Below, piece by piece: positions 48,499 through 58,013 of a stretch of DNA of 64,000 nt. The position numbers and the translations under genes were made by a program. The stretch comes from an uncultured Opitutales bacterium. Lineage in GTDB: Bacteria; Verrucomicrobiota; Verrucomicrobiia; Opitutales; UBA2987. The DNA lies in assembly GCA_964542645.1 (NCBI GenBank), contig CAZIUG010000015.1, forward strand, positions 150,720 through 214,719. The letters are read 5' to 3'. The notes below the pieces were generated by a model. The model was not told the DNA's origin and did no database searches. It saw nothing but the letters and a program-made list of their open reading frames with translations. Position 1 is the first letter of the stretch, and each line of letters starts with the position of its first letter.

Positions 48499-50565
48499 AT
48501 GCGACTCCTGAATCTTCAATGCCGGCAGAGATGTTGGAGTGTATCCAAAGTGATTGAATCAACCGTGGGTTCATTGAAACGTTCGTGCATGACCCCAAAA
48601 AACCTTCTACATTGGAGAGTGAAAGATGTAAGGATTTCTCCTTCAATAAGATTATTTTCACACTCTGTCCTGAAGTCTGACAATAATCTATCCGCGCAAG
48701 AAAAACTTTTCCCAAAGCGGTTCACCTTAGCGAAAGTGGATAAAAATTTATCATTCACATTTTTTTTGCTTGGCCTACTCAGTATCTCTTCAATTTCACT
48801 GCTTGCTCAACCAACAGTTACTAGCACGATCAATCCCAATTCGATCACCTTAGGCTATACTGCTACCTACATCGTTTCGATACAGGCAGAAAAACAGCCA
48901 GAAGTATGGTTACCACCCAAGGTGAAAGATCTCGAAATTGATTTCATTGGAACCGGCCAGAGTATGCAAATTTCAACTATCAACCAAAACACAAAGACGA
49001 TAGTCACCAAGAAATACAACTTCCGTGTTAGGCCTAAGAGAACTGGGAGGTTCATCATACCGACCTATGATCTCAGTATCGGAAGACAAAAATTGATGGT
49101 TCCAGCAGCTGTTATTACGGTAAACCCTCCAGACGGAAAACAGGCGGCAGACCTCGAAGATCTTACCTTTCTTGAATTAGATAAAGAAGAGAAGCCGACC
49201 TATGTCGGTCAAAACTTAAAATATGTTCTCAAACTTTTCGTCCATACGGGACTAACCGAAGTTCGGGCAGGAGAACTCTTGCAAAAAGGTAATGCCTTTT
49301 CCCAACGCGAAATGGCACAATCCACCAACTCCTACGGGGCTATAAGGAATAACCTCGACTATCAAGTCTACGAAATTCCCGTCTCCATTACACCTCTTAA
49401 ATCCGGGCTCCAGACTCTCGAGTTTGAACTGACTATTCAGGTCGTACTTCCCCAACAGAGACAAAATTCTTCCTCTTCCTACTTCGACGAATTCTTCAAC
49501 AGAGACTTCTTCAGCTTTGGAGGATTCAGGGAACGACGCAATATCGCGGTTTCGACGGGGCCAGTTGAAGTAGTAGTTCGGATGCTCCCTGAAGAGGGAA
49601 AACCCAAAAGTTTTTCTGGTGCGATTGGTCAGTTCTCAATAAAACAGACACTCTCCCCTATCCAACTCAATGCTGGAGATCCACTCACACTTAAAGTTGA
49701 AATCACGGGAGACGGAAACTTCGACCGTATCCAACCTTTACAGCTAAAGACGGGCGATCAATGGAAGATTTACCCGCCGAAGTCAGAGTTCATTTCCGGG
49801 GAAAAAATGGAACATTCCGGAAAGAAGATCTTTGACTATATCCTTATACCACAGTCGACCGACATCACCCAATCACCTCCAATACACTTCAGCTTCTTTG
49901 ATCCCGAAACTGCCCAATATGTCCAACTCTCTGACGAACAAGTTGCTCTCACCATCCATCCTGCCACTCATTACATTTCCGCTAATACATCTGTCACTCA
50001 AACCGCAACCTCCAACAGCGAAACGCTGGCGACATCGAGACCTCCGGAAAGAAATATTCTACCTATACAACTTCTACCTGGCCGCTGGATAAGTTCCATC
50101 CAGCCCACCTTTAAATCCCCCTATTTCCTGTCATCGCAGTTAATTCCCTTAATTATTCTCTCTGGCGTTTATTTATTACGAAAGCGACAAATTCGGTTCC
50201 GAGATGATGCTTTTTATGCCCGTCGCCTAAAAACGACCCAATCCATGCGGAAGTGGCTCAAAACTGCCAAAGAGGCCTCCTCGAAGAACGACTTCGTCGC
50301 ATTCTTTGCAGCCGCCCAAAGAGCTATCCAAGAGAGCGTGGGAAAACATTTCACATGTAGTGCTTCCACTCTTACACTGGCTGACCTTGAATTATTTCTC
50401 GCTTCAAAGAATTCCAACGGGACGATAGTCAACGAAGTTCGAGAATTCTTTGAAGCGGGTGATGCCGTACGATTTTTTTCGGGTAATCAGGCTCAAGAAC
50501 AAACGCTTCGCGATTGGAATAGAGCTCTTCTCAAGCTGGTTGCCAAGCTTTCAGCCTTAAAGTAA
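48499..50565 (+). CDS. batD: BatD-like oxygen-tolerance protein
   Basis: Operon position, size and a C-terminal TM helix (LIPLIILSGVYLLRK). The first 79 or so residues of the longest ORF are not protein-like. The signal peptide (FTFFLLGLLSISSISLLAQ) begins after the GTG at 48736, which is my preferred start. Confidence 0.75.
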   Translation: MRLLNLQCRQRCWSVSKVIESTVGSLKRSCMTPKNLLHWRVKDVRISPSIRLFSHSVLKSDNNLSAQEKLFPKRFTLAKVDKNLSFTFFLLGLLSISSISLLAQPTVTSTINPNSITLGYTATYIVSIQAEKQPEVWLPPKVKDLEIDFIGTGQSMQISTINQNTKTIVTKKYNFRVRPKRTGRFIIPTYDLSIGRQKLMVPAAVITVNPPDGKQAADLEDLTFLELDKEEKPTYVGQNLKYVLKLFVHTGLTEVRAGELLQKGNAFSQREMAQSTNSYGAIRNNLDYQVYEIPVSITPLKSGLQTLEFELTIQVVLPQQRQNSSSSYFDEFFNRDFFSFGGFRERRNIAVSTGPVEVVVRMLPEEGKPKSFSGAIGQFSIKQTLSPIQLNAGDPLTLKVEITGDGNFDRIQPLQLKTGDQWKIYPPKSEFISGEKMEHSGKKIFDYILIPQSTDITQSPPIHFSFFDPETAQYVQLSDEQVALTIHPATHYISANTSVTQTATSNSETLATSRPPERNILPIQLLPGRWISSIQPTFKSPYFLSSQLIPLIILSGVYLLRKRQIRFRDDAFYARRLKTTQSMRKWLKTAKEASSKNDFVAFFAAAQRAIQESVGKHFTCSASTLTLADLELFLASKNSNGTIVNEVREFFEAGDAVRFFSGNQAQEQTLRDWNRALLKLVAKLSALK

Positions 50566-50567
50566 CC

Positions 50568-51299
50568 ATGAAGAAGTTGGACAGACTCCTGGCTATCATT
50601 CTTCTAGCAGTCCCTCTTCAGCTTACCGCCAAGAATCCTTCCCTTCTTTTTGAGCAGGCAAATGAGTACTACAGCAAAGGGGATTACAAACTTGCCATAA
50701 AGGTGTATAGAGAGGCCCTCGATATCGCTCAATCCGCTCCCCTTAACTACAATTTGGGAAACGGTTACTTCAAGATTGGAGAAATTGGGTTAGCCGTACT
50801 CCACTACGAGAGATCACTCGCTATTGATCCATTAAACCCCGAAGTCCGGGCCAACTTGGCTTTTGTCCGAGAATCCGCAGAACTCCAAGAGCCCTCCTAT
50901 GGGCCTTTAACCCAATTTAGTATGTGGCTCCCACTCGAGTATTGGTGTTGGTCGCTTTCAATTGGATTTTGGGCCACGATAACCCTAGTGGTTTTTCCCC
51001 GTCTCTACGGTGGAGGAAATTTGATCACGCGACTCTTTCTCCTCTTATCTGTTTTCGCTACTTCTACCTGCCTTCTGGCCTTAATCGGAACTCACAAAAA
51101 GGCAAAAGGGGGGATCATACTGACAACAGAAACACTTCTTAGAGTAGCGCCTTCAACGGGGAGTCCAGAAGCTGGATATCTTCAATCTGGAGAAGTAGCC
51201 TCTATCAAGAAAATCCACCAGGATTTTATTTTTGTTGAATTGGAAGCAGGAAGATCTGGATGGATTAAGGAATCAGAAATCGGGAGAATCTGGGAATGA
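50568..51299 (+). CDS. batE: TPR plus SH3b membrane protein (BatE-like)
   Basis: Signal peptide, TPR repeats, two TM helices and a C-terminal SH3-like segment (GEVASIKKIHQDFIFVELEAGRSGWI). Confidence 0.7.
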   Translation: MKKLDRLLAIILLAVPLQLTAKNPSLLFEQANEYYSKGDYKLAIKVYREALDIAQSAPLNYNLGNGYFKIGEIGLAVLHYERSLAIDPLNPEVRANLAFVRESAELQEPSYGPLTQFSMWLPLEYWCWSLSIGFWATITLVVFPRLYGGGNLITRLFLLLSVFATSTCLLALIGTHKKAKGGIILTTETLLRVAPSTGSPEAGYLQSGEVASIKKIHQDFIFVELEAGRSGWIKESEIGRIWE

Positions 51300-52795
51300 A
51301 AGTTGCGGCCGCTCTTAAAAACCTAGTGGCGGAATTAAAACGTATCGATTACCTGACCTCTGTCGTTGCCCTCCTTTCGTGGGACGAACAAGTAAACCTT
51401 CCCAGAGGGAGCGCAGATCGTAGGACAAATGAATTAAAAGCAATTTCTAACATAGTTCATCGAGAAAAAACTCAGCCACATATTAGAGAATGGTTAGAAA
51501 CTATTGAGCCAGAGATCAATTCGCTTAATCAAACGAATCAATCAATCGTAAGGGAGGCACGTCGAAACTATGACAAAGCAGTCAAAATCCCTTCAGAATT
51601 CGTAGCGGCCAAATCGGCACTCAATAGCCGCGCCTACCACGCCTGGGCAAGAGCACGTCACGAAAATAAGTTCTCGATCTTTGAACCATTCTTGTCAGAT
51701 CAGGTTAAATTGGCGGTGGAAGAAGCTGCTTTCTTAAACTTCACATCTAAAAAGACCTACGATTACCATATCGACAAACACGATCCCGGTCTTTCTACTG
51801 CATTGATTGACTCTATCTTTGCCGAACTACTCCAGGATCTTCGTCCCCTTGTTGCGACTATCCTTAACTCCCCGAAGCAAACCAAACTTCCTCTATTAGT
51901 TGGGTTCCCAGTCGAGTCACAGTATGCCTTTCTAAAAACCATTACAACCCATCTGGGTTTCGATTATAAGAGAGGACGCATTGACGTCGCATTACATCCC
52001 TTTTGTGGAGGAAATGGAGCCGACACCCGGATGACCACACGATTCTCGGTCAATAATCCACTTGATTCTCTCTTTAGCTCCATTCACGAAACCGGCCATG
52101 GCCTTTACCAGCAGGGACTCCCCAGGGAGCATCTTGGTACTGCACCTGGGGAAGCGATAGGAATGGCCGTTCACGAATCACAGAGCAGACTTTGGGAAAA
52201 CCAGGTTGGACGAAGTCGAAGTTTCTGGGAATTCTGGGAACCACGTTATCGAGAGGTGTTCCCAAAACAACTCTCGAGTATCGACTCAGAGGAGTTCTAT
52301 TTTGCGATCAATACTGTCTCTCTTAATCCCATCCGTACAAATTCAGATGAAGTGACCTACAACCTCCACATTATACTTCGATTTGAAATCGAGAAAAGAC
52401 TCTTTCAAGGAAGCCTTTCGACAGCAGATCTCCCATATGCATGGAACGAGCTTTCATCAAAAATTGTCGGACTGAGGCCCCTCAATGACTCACAAGGTGC
52501 TCTTCAGGATATCCATTGGGCAGGAGGCTCTTTTGGCTATTTTCCCAGTTACTGCCTTGGCAATATCTTGGCTGCCCAACTATGGTTTTCAGCCAATGAG
52601 CAACTCCCGAATCTCGACAATGACTTTCGCCGTGGCGAATTCCAACCCTTTCTCAAATGGCTCAATCGCAATATTCACTCCCTCGGAAAAACACAAGACA
52701 CCCTCCAGATAATAGAAAAAGTAACCGGTTGTGAACTCAGCCCTTCCTTCCTAATCCGCTACCTAACGGAGCGTTATTTGCCGCTCTACAGCTAA
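51296..52795 (+). CDS. M32 family metallocarboxypeptidase (Taq-type)
   Basis: HETGHGLY (HExxH), HESQSRLWEN, DEVTYNLHIILRFE and IHWAGGSFGYFPSY are M32 hallmarks. ATGA overlap with batE. Confidence 0.9.
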   Translation: MKVAAALKNLVAELKRIDYLTSVVALLSWDEQVNLPRGSADRRTNELKAISNIVHREKTQPHIREWLETIEPEINSLNQTNQSIVREARRNYDKAVKIPSEFVAAKSALNSRAYHAWARARHENKFSIFEPFLSDQVKLAVEEAAFLNFTSKKTYDYHIDKHDPGLSTALIDSIFAELLQDLRPLVATILNSPKQTKLPLLVGFPVESQYAFLKTITTHLGFDYKRGRIDVALHPFCGGNGADTRMTTRFSVNNPLDSLFSSIHETGHGLYQQGLPREHLGTAPGEAIGMAVHESQSRLWENQVGRSRSFWEFWEPRYREVFPKQLSSIDSEEFYFAINTVSLNPIRTNSDEVTYNLHIILRFEIEKRLFQGSLSTADLPYAWNELSSKIVGLRPLNDSQGALQDIHWAGGSFGYFPSYCLGNILAAQLWFSANEQLPNLDNDFRRGEFQPFLKWLNRNIHSLGKTQDTLQIIEKVTGCELSPSFLIRYLTERYLPLYS

Positions 52796-53060
52796 ACGCT
52801 TAGATCAGAGATCGTGATCCTTTCTGTATGCTTAAGCGTTCAGGTGTATTTTTATGAGGAATTCCTCTGTCCTTTATCCACTTAAACCTGAAGGAATTAT
52901 ATCCAATTAAAAACTTCAAAGTTGCTGTAGGGATACATTTCAAGAGTACACAAATTCTGAATAAAGAAGAGTAGTCCAGTCATTTCGAAGAGAATGAGTT
53001 TTTAACTCGACTGGCCAAAAGGTCTATAAAACCGTTAGACGATAGAAACCCGCTAGATTC

Positions 53061-54485
53061 CTATATTAACTTTTCCCGATCAATCTTACCCACTTCACGG
53101 AAACGGCCACGCAAATCACTCTCAAGAATTTTCCGTGTCTCCAGTGGTATCTTCGATACCATGTCTTCAAGCTTAGGTTGGACCCGGTCCTTTTCCTTCT
53201 CAGATTCCGTATCATTAACTAGCTCGGGAGGACTATCCTCTACAGGATCCCTTTCAACCTCAGATGCCTTTTTTGGCGAAACCTTATGACTCGACAAGGC
53301 TTGATTTAAGCCCGTGTCCGTCGGATTTGGATCCGAAGATGGTTGACTGAAAGGAGCCCGAGACTCGGGCATATTTACCGCAAGACTACTCAGGCGATTA
53401 ATTACGGAATCGATGGCTCTTGATCTGCTAGCTTCCACCGCCTTGAGCAAAGCAACTTCGAAATTAACCTTCTCGCTCAATCCCATTTTTACCGATCTTT
53501 CGCCCTCATGTAGAACTTCAATGATTCGGAGCAGAGATTCAGATGTCAGGCCTGAAGGATCCAAAGAACGGGTCCTTCCTCCCTCCCGAACAACAGAAAT
53601 AAGAACCTCTCTTAGAACTACCTGAAGATCGACTAAGATCCGGTAGAGGTCACGACCTTCCGAGGTAAGTTCTTCAACTAACTTGAAAAGCGCACTGTAA
53701 TCAGAGGAAATAATCGTCTGAGCAAGAGCTTCCACCCTCTCTTGAGAAGCGAGTCCGTAGACATCGAGCACATCCTCCTCCTTAATCTTCTCTCCACAAA
53801 ACGAGATCATCTGATCAAGAATCGATTGAGCGTCACGCATCCCCCCATGAGAAAGATGTGCGATCGACCGCAACGCACCTTTATCGACTTCAATTTCCTC
53901 AACGGCCGCTATCTCCTCTAATTTGGCTGAAATTTGCTCATCCGGAATAGGCCGAAATTCAAAACGCTGGCACCTAGAAACGATAGTTGGCAAAACCTTA
54001 TGTGACTCAGTCGTCGCAAAAACAAACTTAACATGAGAAGGGGGCTCTTCCAGCGTCTTAAGGAGGGCGTTGAACGCCTGATTCGTCAGCATATGCACCT
54101 CATCAATTATGTAGATCTTATATCGACACTGTGAAGGAACGTATTGACAATCCTCCCGAAGATCTCGGACCTGATCAACCGAGTTGTTAGAGGCCCCGTC
54201 TATCTCAATCACATCCATACAACTCCCCTCCATGATCGACTGACAAATCAGCGAATCGTTCGGTGGACTTAAAGAAGGTCCGCCCTCACAATTGAGTGCC
54301 TTAGCAAAGATTCGGGCCATGCTTGTCTTACCAGTGCCACGTGGACCTACAAAGAGATATGCGTGGGCGATCCGCCCCTGCTCGATAGCATTCCGTAGCG
54401 TTCTAACAATATGATCCTGCCCCACCAACTCCTCGAACTGCTGAGGACGCCAACGACGTGCAATAACCTTATACGATGAAGACAT
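53061..54485 (-). CDS. dnaX: DNA polymerase III subunit gamma/tau
   Basis: [16 protein letters not shown], Walker [10 protein letters not shown], Walker B IIDEVHML and SRCQRFEF are present. I prefer the ATG at 54485 (MSSSYKV) over the longest-ORF start at 54533. Confidence 0.92.
   Translation of the reverse strand: MSSSYKVIARRWRPQQFEELVGQDHIVRTLRNAIEQGRIAHAYLFVGPRGTGKTSMARIFAKALNCEGGPSLSPPNDSLICQSIMEGSCMDVIEIDGASNNSVDQVRDLREDCQYVPSQCRYKIYIIDEVHMLTNQAFNALLKTLEEPPSHVKFVFATTESHKVLPTIVSRCQRFEFRPIPDEQISAKLEEIAAVEEIEVDKGALRSIAHLSHGGMRDAQSILDQMISFCGEKIKEEDVLDVYGLASQERVEALAQTIISSDYSALFKLVEELTSEGRDLYRILVDLQVVLREVLISVVREGGRTRSLDPSGLTSESLLRIIEVLHEGERSVKMGLSEKVNFEVALLKAVEASRSRAIDSVINRLSSLAVNMPESRAPFSQPSSDPNPTDTGLNQALSSHKVSPKKASEVERDPVEDSPPELVNDTESEKEKDRVQPKLEDMVSKIPLETRKILESDLRGRFREVGKIDREKLI
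53260..53274 (-). other. candidate -1 programmed frameshift site in dnaX (A AAA AAG, then GGC ATC TGA in the -1 frame)
   Basis: The reverse strand reads CCA AAA AAG GCA TCT GAG in the zero frame (SPKKASE). Frame checked by (54533-53276) mod 3 = 0. The -1 frame after the heptamer reads GGC ATC TGA. Confidence 0.4.
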
Positions 54486-54782
54486 GAAAGAACCACAGAG
54501 TGTTGGGTTAGGAAATGATCTAATCAAACCCAATCTACTCGCCAGTCATCGAATTTTTTTCAGACTTCTCATAGGAGCACTCGATGGAACTGGGCACGCC
54601 CCTTTTTTCGGCCCCAACTATCACTTCATGGCACCTAAATCGTCCCTCTAACAGTTGTACATTTCACATACATACAAAAGGCGATTTTAGGCCCTTAACA
54701 GCGCAACGGGGAATGCACCCGAACAAAAACACTCTGGGCCCAAATCTCCAGACGAGGGAGATCTCCTAACTTAAGGTAAGGT

Positions 54783-54885
54783 AAAAAAAGGCCAGGCACC
54801 CTACGGCACACGGAGTTTCTGGCTACCGTTGCTCCCTTCCGGGCCTGGCGGACTTCACCGACCCTCCGTTGCATAGGACCCGGCC
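54783..54885 (-). ncRNA. ffs: signal recognition particle RNA (small 4.5S type)
   Basis: The reverse strand reads GGCCGGGUCCUAUGCAACGGAGGGUCGGUGAAGUCCGCCAGGCCCGGAAGGGAGCAACGGUAGCCAGAAACUCCGUGUGCCGUAGGGUGCCUGGCC followed by U7. It contains the domain-IV core CAGG-CCGGAAGG-AGCA-C and the closing GUGUGCCG segment seen in E. coli 4.5S RNA. The 5' and 3' ends pair into one long hairpin. Confidence 0.85.
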
Positions 54886-55061
54886 GATCTAGATCTATTA
54901 CATCTTACAGCAGGTCTTCAACATTTTATTTCCAATTCAAAGAACGAATATCAACACAGTTAACGATAGCTTCTGCCTAACTAATAACTAGACATAAACA
55001 GCCGAGTGATGAACGTAACCAACCGCCACCAGTATTTCCCACATTACCTGCCAAATTTTTA

Positions 55062-55628
55062 TCAACCAGGTTCGGTCAAACGTTTGCAAACGGTCGAGAC
55101 TATAACTTCAGGGTCGCTCAACTTTCCCCTGCCCTCGTATCCGCAAGCCAAGATTCCCTCGTCTGGTTCAATGATCAGATCTCCTCGATCCTTGAGAACC
55201 TTTAGATTTTTTTGCGTTGCCGGATGCTTCAACATCTTCCCATTCATAGCAGGAGCAACGACTACTTGGGAATGTGTCGCCAGGTAGATTGAAGTCAGTA
55301 AGTCAGGAGCCAACCCAAGGGCGAAACAGGCGATTATATTTGCCGTAGCCGGGGCTATTAGGAGTAAATCCGATCGGTCTGCCACCTCGATATGCCCAGG
55401 TTGCCAGCCTTCCCCTTCTTTCCAAAGATCAACCCCAACCGGATTCCGGCTCAAAGTCTGAAAAGTCAAAGGAGCAACAAACTCGATAGCTTCACGAGTC
55501 ATGACGACGAATATATCGGCTCCTTTTTTGACCAACTGACTCGTTATATCCGCCGCCTTGTATGCTGCAATCGATCCGCTTACTCCCAGAACGATCGTCT
55601 TCCCTTTAAGCTGCTGATCTTCTTCCAT
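55062..55628 (-). CDS. coaC: phosphopantothenoylcysteine decarboxylase-type flavoprotein (stand-alone CoaC/HFCD domain)
   Basis: VLGVSGSIAAYKA, APAMNGKM (PxMNxxM) and the substrate clamp GILACGYEGRGKL are present. At 188 aa there is no CoaB domain. Confidence 0.8.
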   Translation of the reverse strand: MEEDQQLKGKTIVLGVSGSIAAYKAADITSQLVKKGADIFVVMTREAIEFVAPLTFQTLSRNPVGVDLWKEGEGWQPGHIEVADRSDLLLIAPATANIIACFALGLAPDLLTSIYLATHSQVVVAPAMNGKMLKHPATQKNLKVLKDRGDLIIEPDEGILACGYEGRGKLSDPEVIVSTVCKRLTEPG

Positions 55629-56145
55629 AGTAACACACCATATGCTTAGTCTTTGGATACTTCATCCATCAAACTGAATTTAGCTGATTTATCCTCCTCC
55701 ATTCAATCTCCACTGTAAACTCCATTATTGTTTCACAAAATCCAAATGGGAAGAGTTAAAGAATATATTCCAAACAGCTGCATCAAAATATGTCCGAAAT
55801 AATAATGATGATTCTTTAAACTGATTGAGCGCTCCATTACAAACAAGCACTCGGGTAACAAGTCTTGACATGCATTTAGGAAACCCCTCTTATCCCGGGA
55901 GTTCGGAAATTCAAATATGTTCCTGTCCGCACCATTTGAGATTGCGCCTAGCGCACTGTTGCGACTTCTCCCCTGAGGGGGGAGAAAAGGATTTGATCTG
56001 TACATATTTTTCTTAACCGCTGGAATTGCTATATTCAATTCCCTAGAGAAACGGTTACCCGTCCCTTCCGCGTCGCCCAGTTATATATAATTCTTTGCGA
56101 TTCGCCAACCCAGACCTAATTCTCCACAAATAGCTTTTCAGAACA

Positions 56146-57873
56146 ATGCACGAAAACCTAAGAACTAAATACCGTCCGTTCCCCAGAATCAAATTACCTG
56201 ATAGAGAGTGGCCCGACCGTAGAATCGATACGGCTCCCACTTGGTGTAGCGTCGACCTGAGAGACGGCAACCAGGCACTTGCTGTGCCAATGAATCTGGA
56301 GGAAAAACACGAACTTTTCCAAACTCTCGTCAAAATTGGATTCAAGGAGATTGAGGTCGGGTATCCTTCAGCCTCGGATACAGAGTTCAATTTCACCCGC
56401 TTTCTAATTGAAAAAGGTCACATTCCTAACGATGTCAGGATTCAGGTCCTAGTAGCCTCTCGTGAACATCTTATCCGACGAACTTTTCAGGCAATAAAAG
56501 AAGCCGATAAGGCGATCATACATCTCTATAATTCAATAAACCCGCTCCAGCGTCGCGTAACATTTGGAATGAGTAAAGAGCAGATCAAAGCCATCGCCGT
56601 TGAGGGAACAAAACTCGTGAAAGATCTGGTTCCTACGGTGCCTGAAACTGAAGTTTTCTATCAATATTCACCCGAGAGCTTCTCCGATACCGAATTGGAT
56701 TTCTCTCTAGAAGTCTGTCAGGCTGTGATGGATGTTTGGGAACCTACCGTTAAAAGGCCCATTATTCTGAACTTGCCGGCAACCGTTGAGCTATCGACAC
56801 CAAACACCCACGCCGACCAAATCGAGTGGTTCTGTCGAGAACTCAAGGATAGGGATAAAGCAATTATCAGCCTTCACACCCACAATGATCGTGGTACCGG
56901 CATTGCAGCGACCGAATTTGGTCTTATGGCTGGCGCCCAACGCGTGGAAGGAACCCTATTTGGAAATGGCGAACGGACCGGCAATCTCGACATCGTTACG
57001 GCCGCCTTGAACATGTTCTCCCAAGGAGTAGATCCCAGTCTTGATTTCCGCCGCCTGAATCACATTAGGGAAACCTACGAAAGATGTACTAGAATGAATG
57101 TTCACGAGCGCCATCCCTATGCTGGTGATCTTGTATTCACCGCCTTTAGTGGAACTCATCAAGATGCTATAAAGAAGGGAATGGATCAAATGGACAGTGA
57201 GACCGAATCCCTATGGCAAGTCCCCTACTTACCAATCGATCCCGGAGACATCGGCCGTGCATACAATGCAATAATCAGAATCAATAGCCAAAGCGGAAAA
57301 GGTGGTGTCGCTTATATCATGCACAGAGAATTTGGTTTTGATCTGCCAAAACCAATACATCCAGATTTTGGAGCCATTGTAAATCAGATCGCAGACAGGG
57401 AAAGTAGAGAACTATCATCCCTTGAAATCCGCGACGCTTTTTTGAAGGAATACACCGATCTGAAATTTCCTCTCTCATTAAATTCATATCAGATTAAAAA
57501 GAGACCAGAAGATCACAGTCATGTTTCAATTACGGCTGAAATTACCTACAAGAACAAATCAGAATTCATAGAAGGTAAAGGGAATGGGCCAATTGCCGCC
57601 TTCGTCGATGCTCTCGATTCAATCTCTTTACAGAACTTTCATATCACTGATTTTCGCCAGCATGCCATCACAAAGGGATCTACGGCAGAAGCAGCTGCCT
57701 ACGTTGAGGTCGAGAGAACTCGTGATCGGAAGCGGTTCTGGGGTGCCAGCATTGAAAGCAACATTGAGTTTGCAGGAATCAAAGCATTGGTCAGTTCGTT
57801 TAATCGCGCAAATATACTAGAAGCGAAGAAAAAAACTAAAACGACTACACCAAAGGTGTCTCACAAATCGTGA
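56146..57873 (+). CDS. leuA: 2-isopropylmalate synthase (long, actinobacterial-type form)
   Basis: The N-terminus has YRPFPRIKLPDREWP......WCSVDLRDGNQAL. HTHNDRGTG is also present, along with a C-terminal LeuA dimerisation/regulatory domain. 575 aa. Confidence 0.92.
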   Translation: MHENLRTKYRPFPRIKLPDREWPDRRIDTAPTWCSVDLRDGNQALAVPMNLEEKHELFQTLVKIGFKEIEVGYPSASDTEFNFTRFLIEKGHIPNDVRIQVLVASREHLIRRTFQAIKEADKAIIHLYNSINPLQRRVTFGMSKEQIKAIAVEGTKLVKDLVPTVPETEVFYQYSPESFSDTELDFSLEVCQAVMDVWEPTVKRPIILNLPATVELSTPNTHADQIEWFCRELKDRDKAIISLHTHNDRGTGIAATEFGLMAGAQRVEGTLFGNGERTGNLDIVTAALNMFSQGVDPSLDFRRLNHIRETYERCTRMNVHERHPYAGDLVFTAFSGTHQDAIKKGMDQMDSETESLWQVPYLPIDPGDIGRAYNAIIRINSQSGKGGVAYIMHREFGFDLPKPIHPDFGAIVNQIADRESRELSSLEIRDAFLKEYTDLKFPLSLNSYQIKKRPEDHSHVSITAEITYKNKSEFIEGKGNGPIAAFVDALDSISLQNFHITDFRQHAITKGSTAEAAAYVEVERTRDRKRFWGASIESNIEFAGIKALVSSFNRANILEAKKKTKTTTPKVSHKS

Positions 57874-58013
57874 ACATTGAACCAAAGACCAAGACTCGAG
57901 AACAATTAAAATATAAGACCTTCATCTTCTTATCTCAATTTATTACAGCTTCTAAAATTAACTAAAAACTTTAGAAGAAGTATTAATTCTAGACCTCATC
58001 TGAGCATCAGGAT

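Noticed and set aside
54886-54935. Candidate sigma70-type promoter for ffs (TTGAAG ... TAATAG).
   Set aside because: The spacing is only 15 nt and the -10 match is poor, which is too weak to annotate.
55629-56145. 517-bp leuA leader. I searched it for a Leu-codon-rich leader peptide, a T-box or an attenuator. I also considered the 101-aa minus-strand ORF at 55733-56038.
   Set aside because: There is no run of Leu codons in any short ORF and no T-box specifier or antiterminator pattern. The only structure is an 8-bp hairpin (TTCTCCCC/GGGGAGAA, 55966-55986) with no U-tract. The ORFs there look random.
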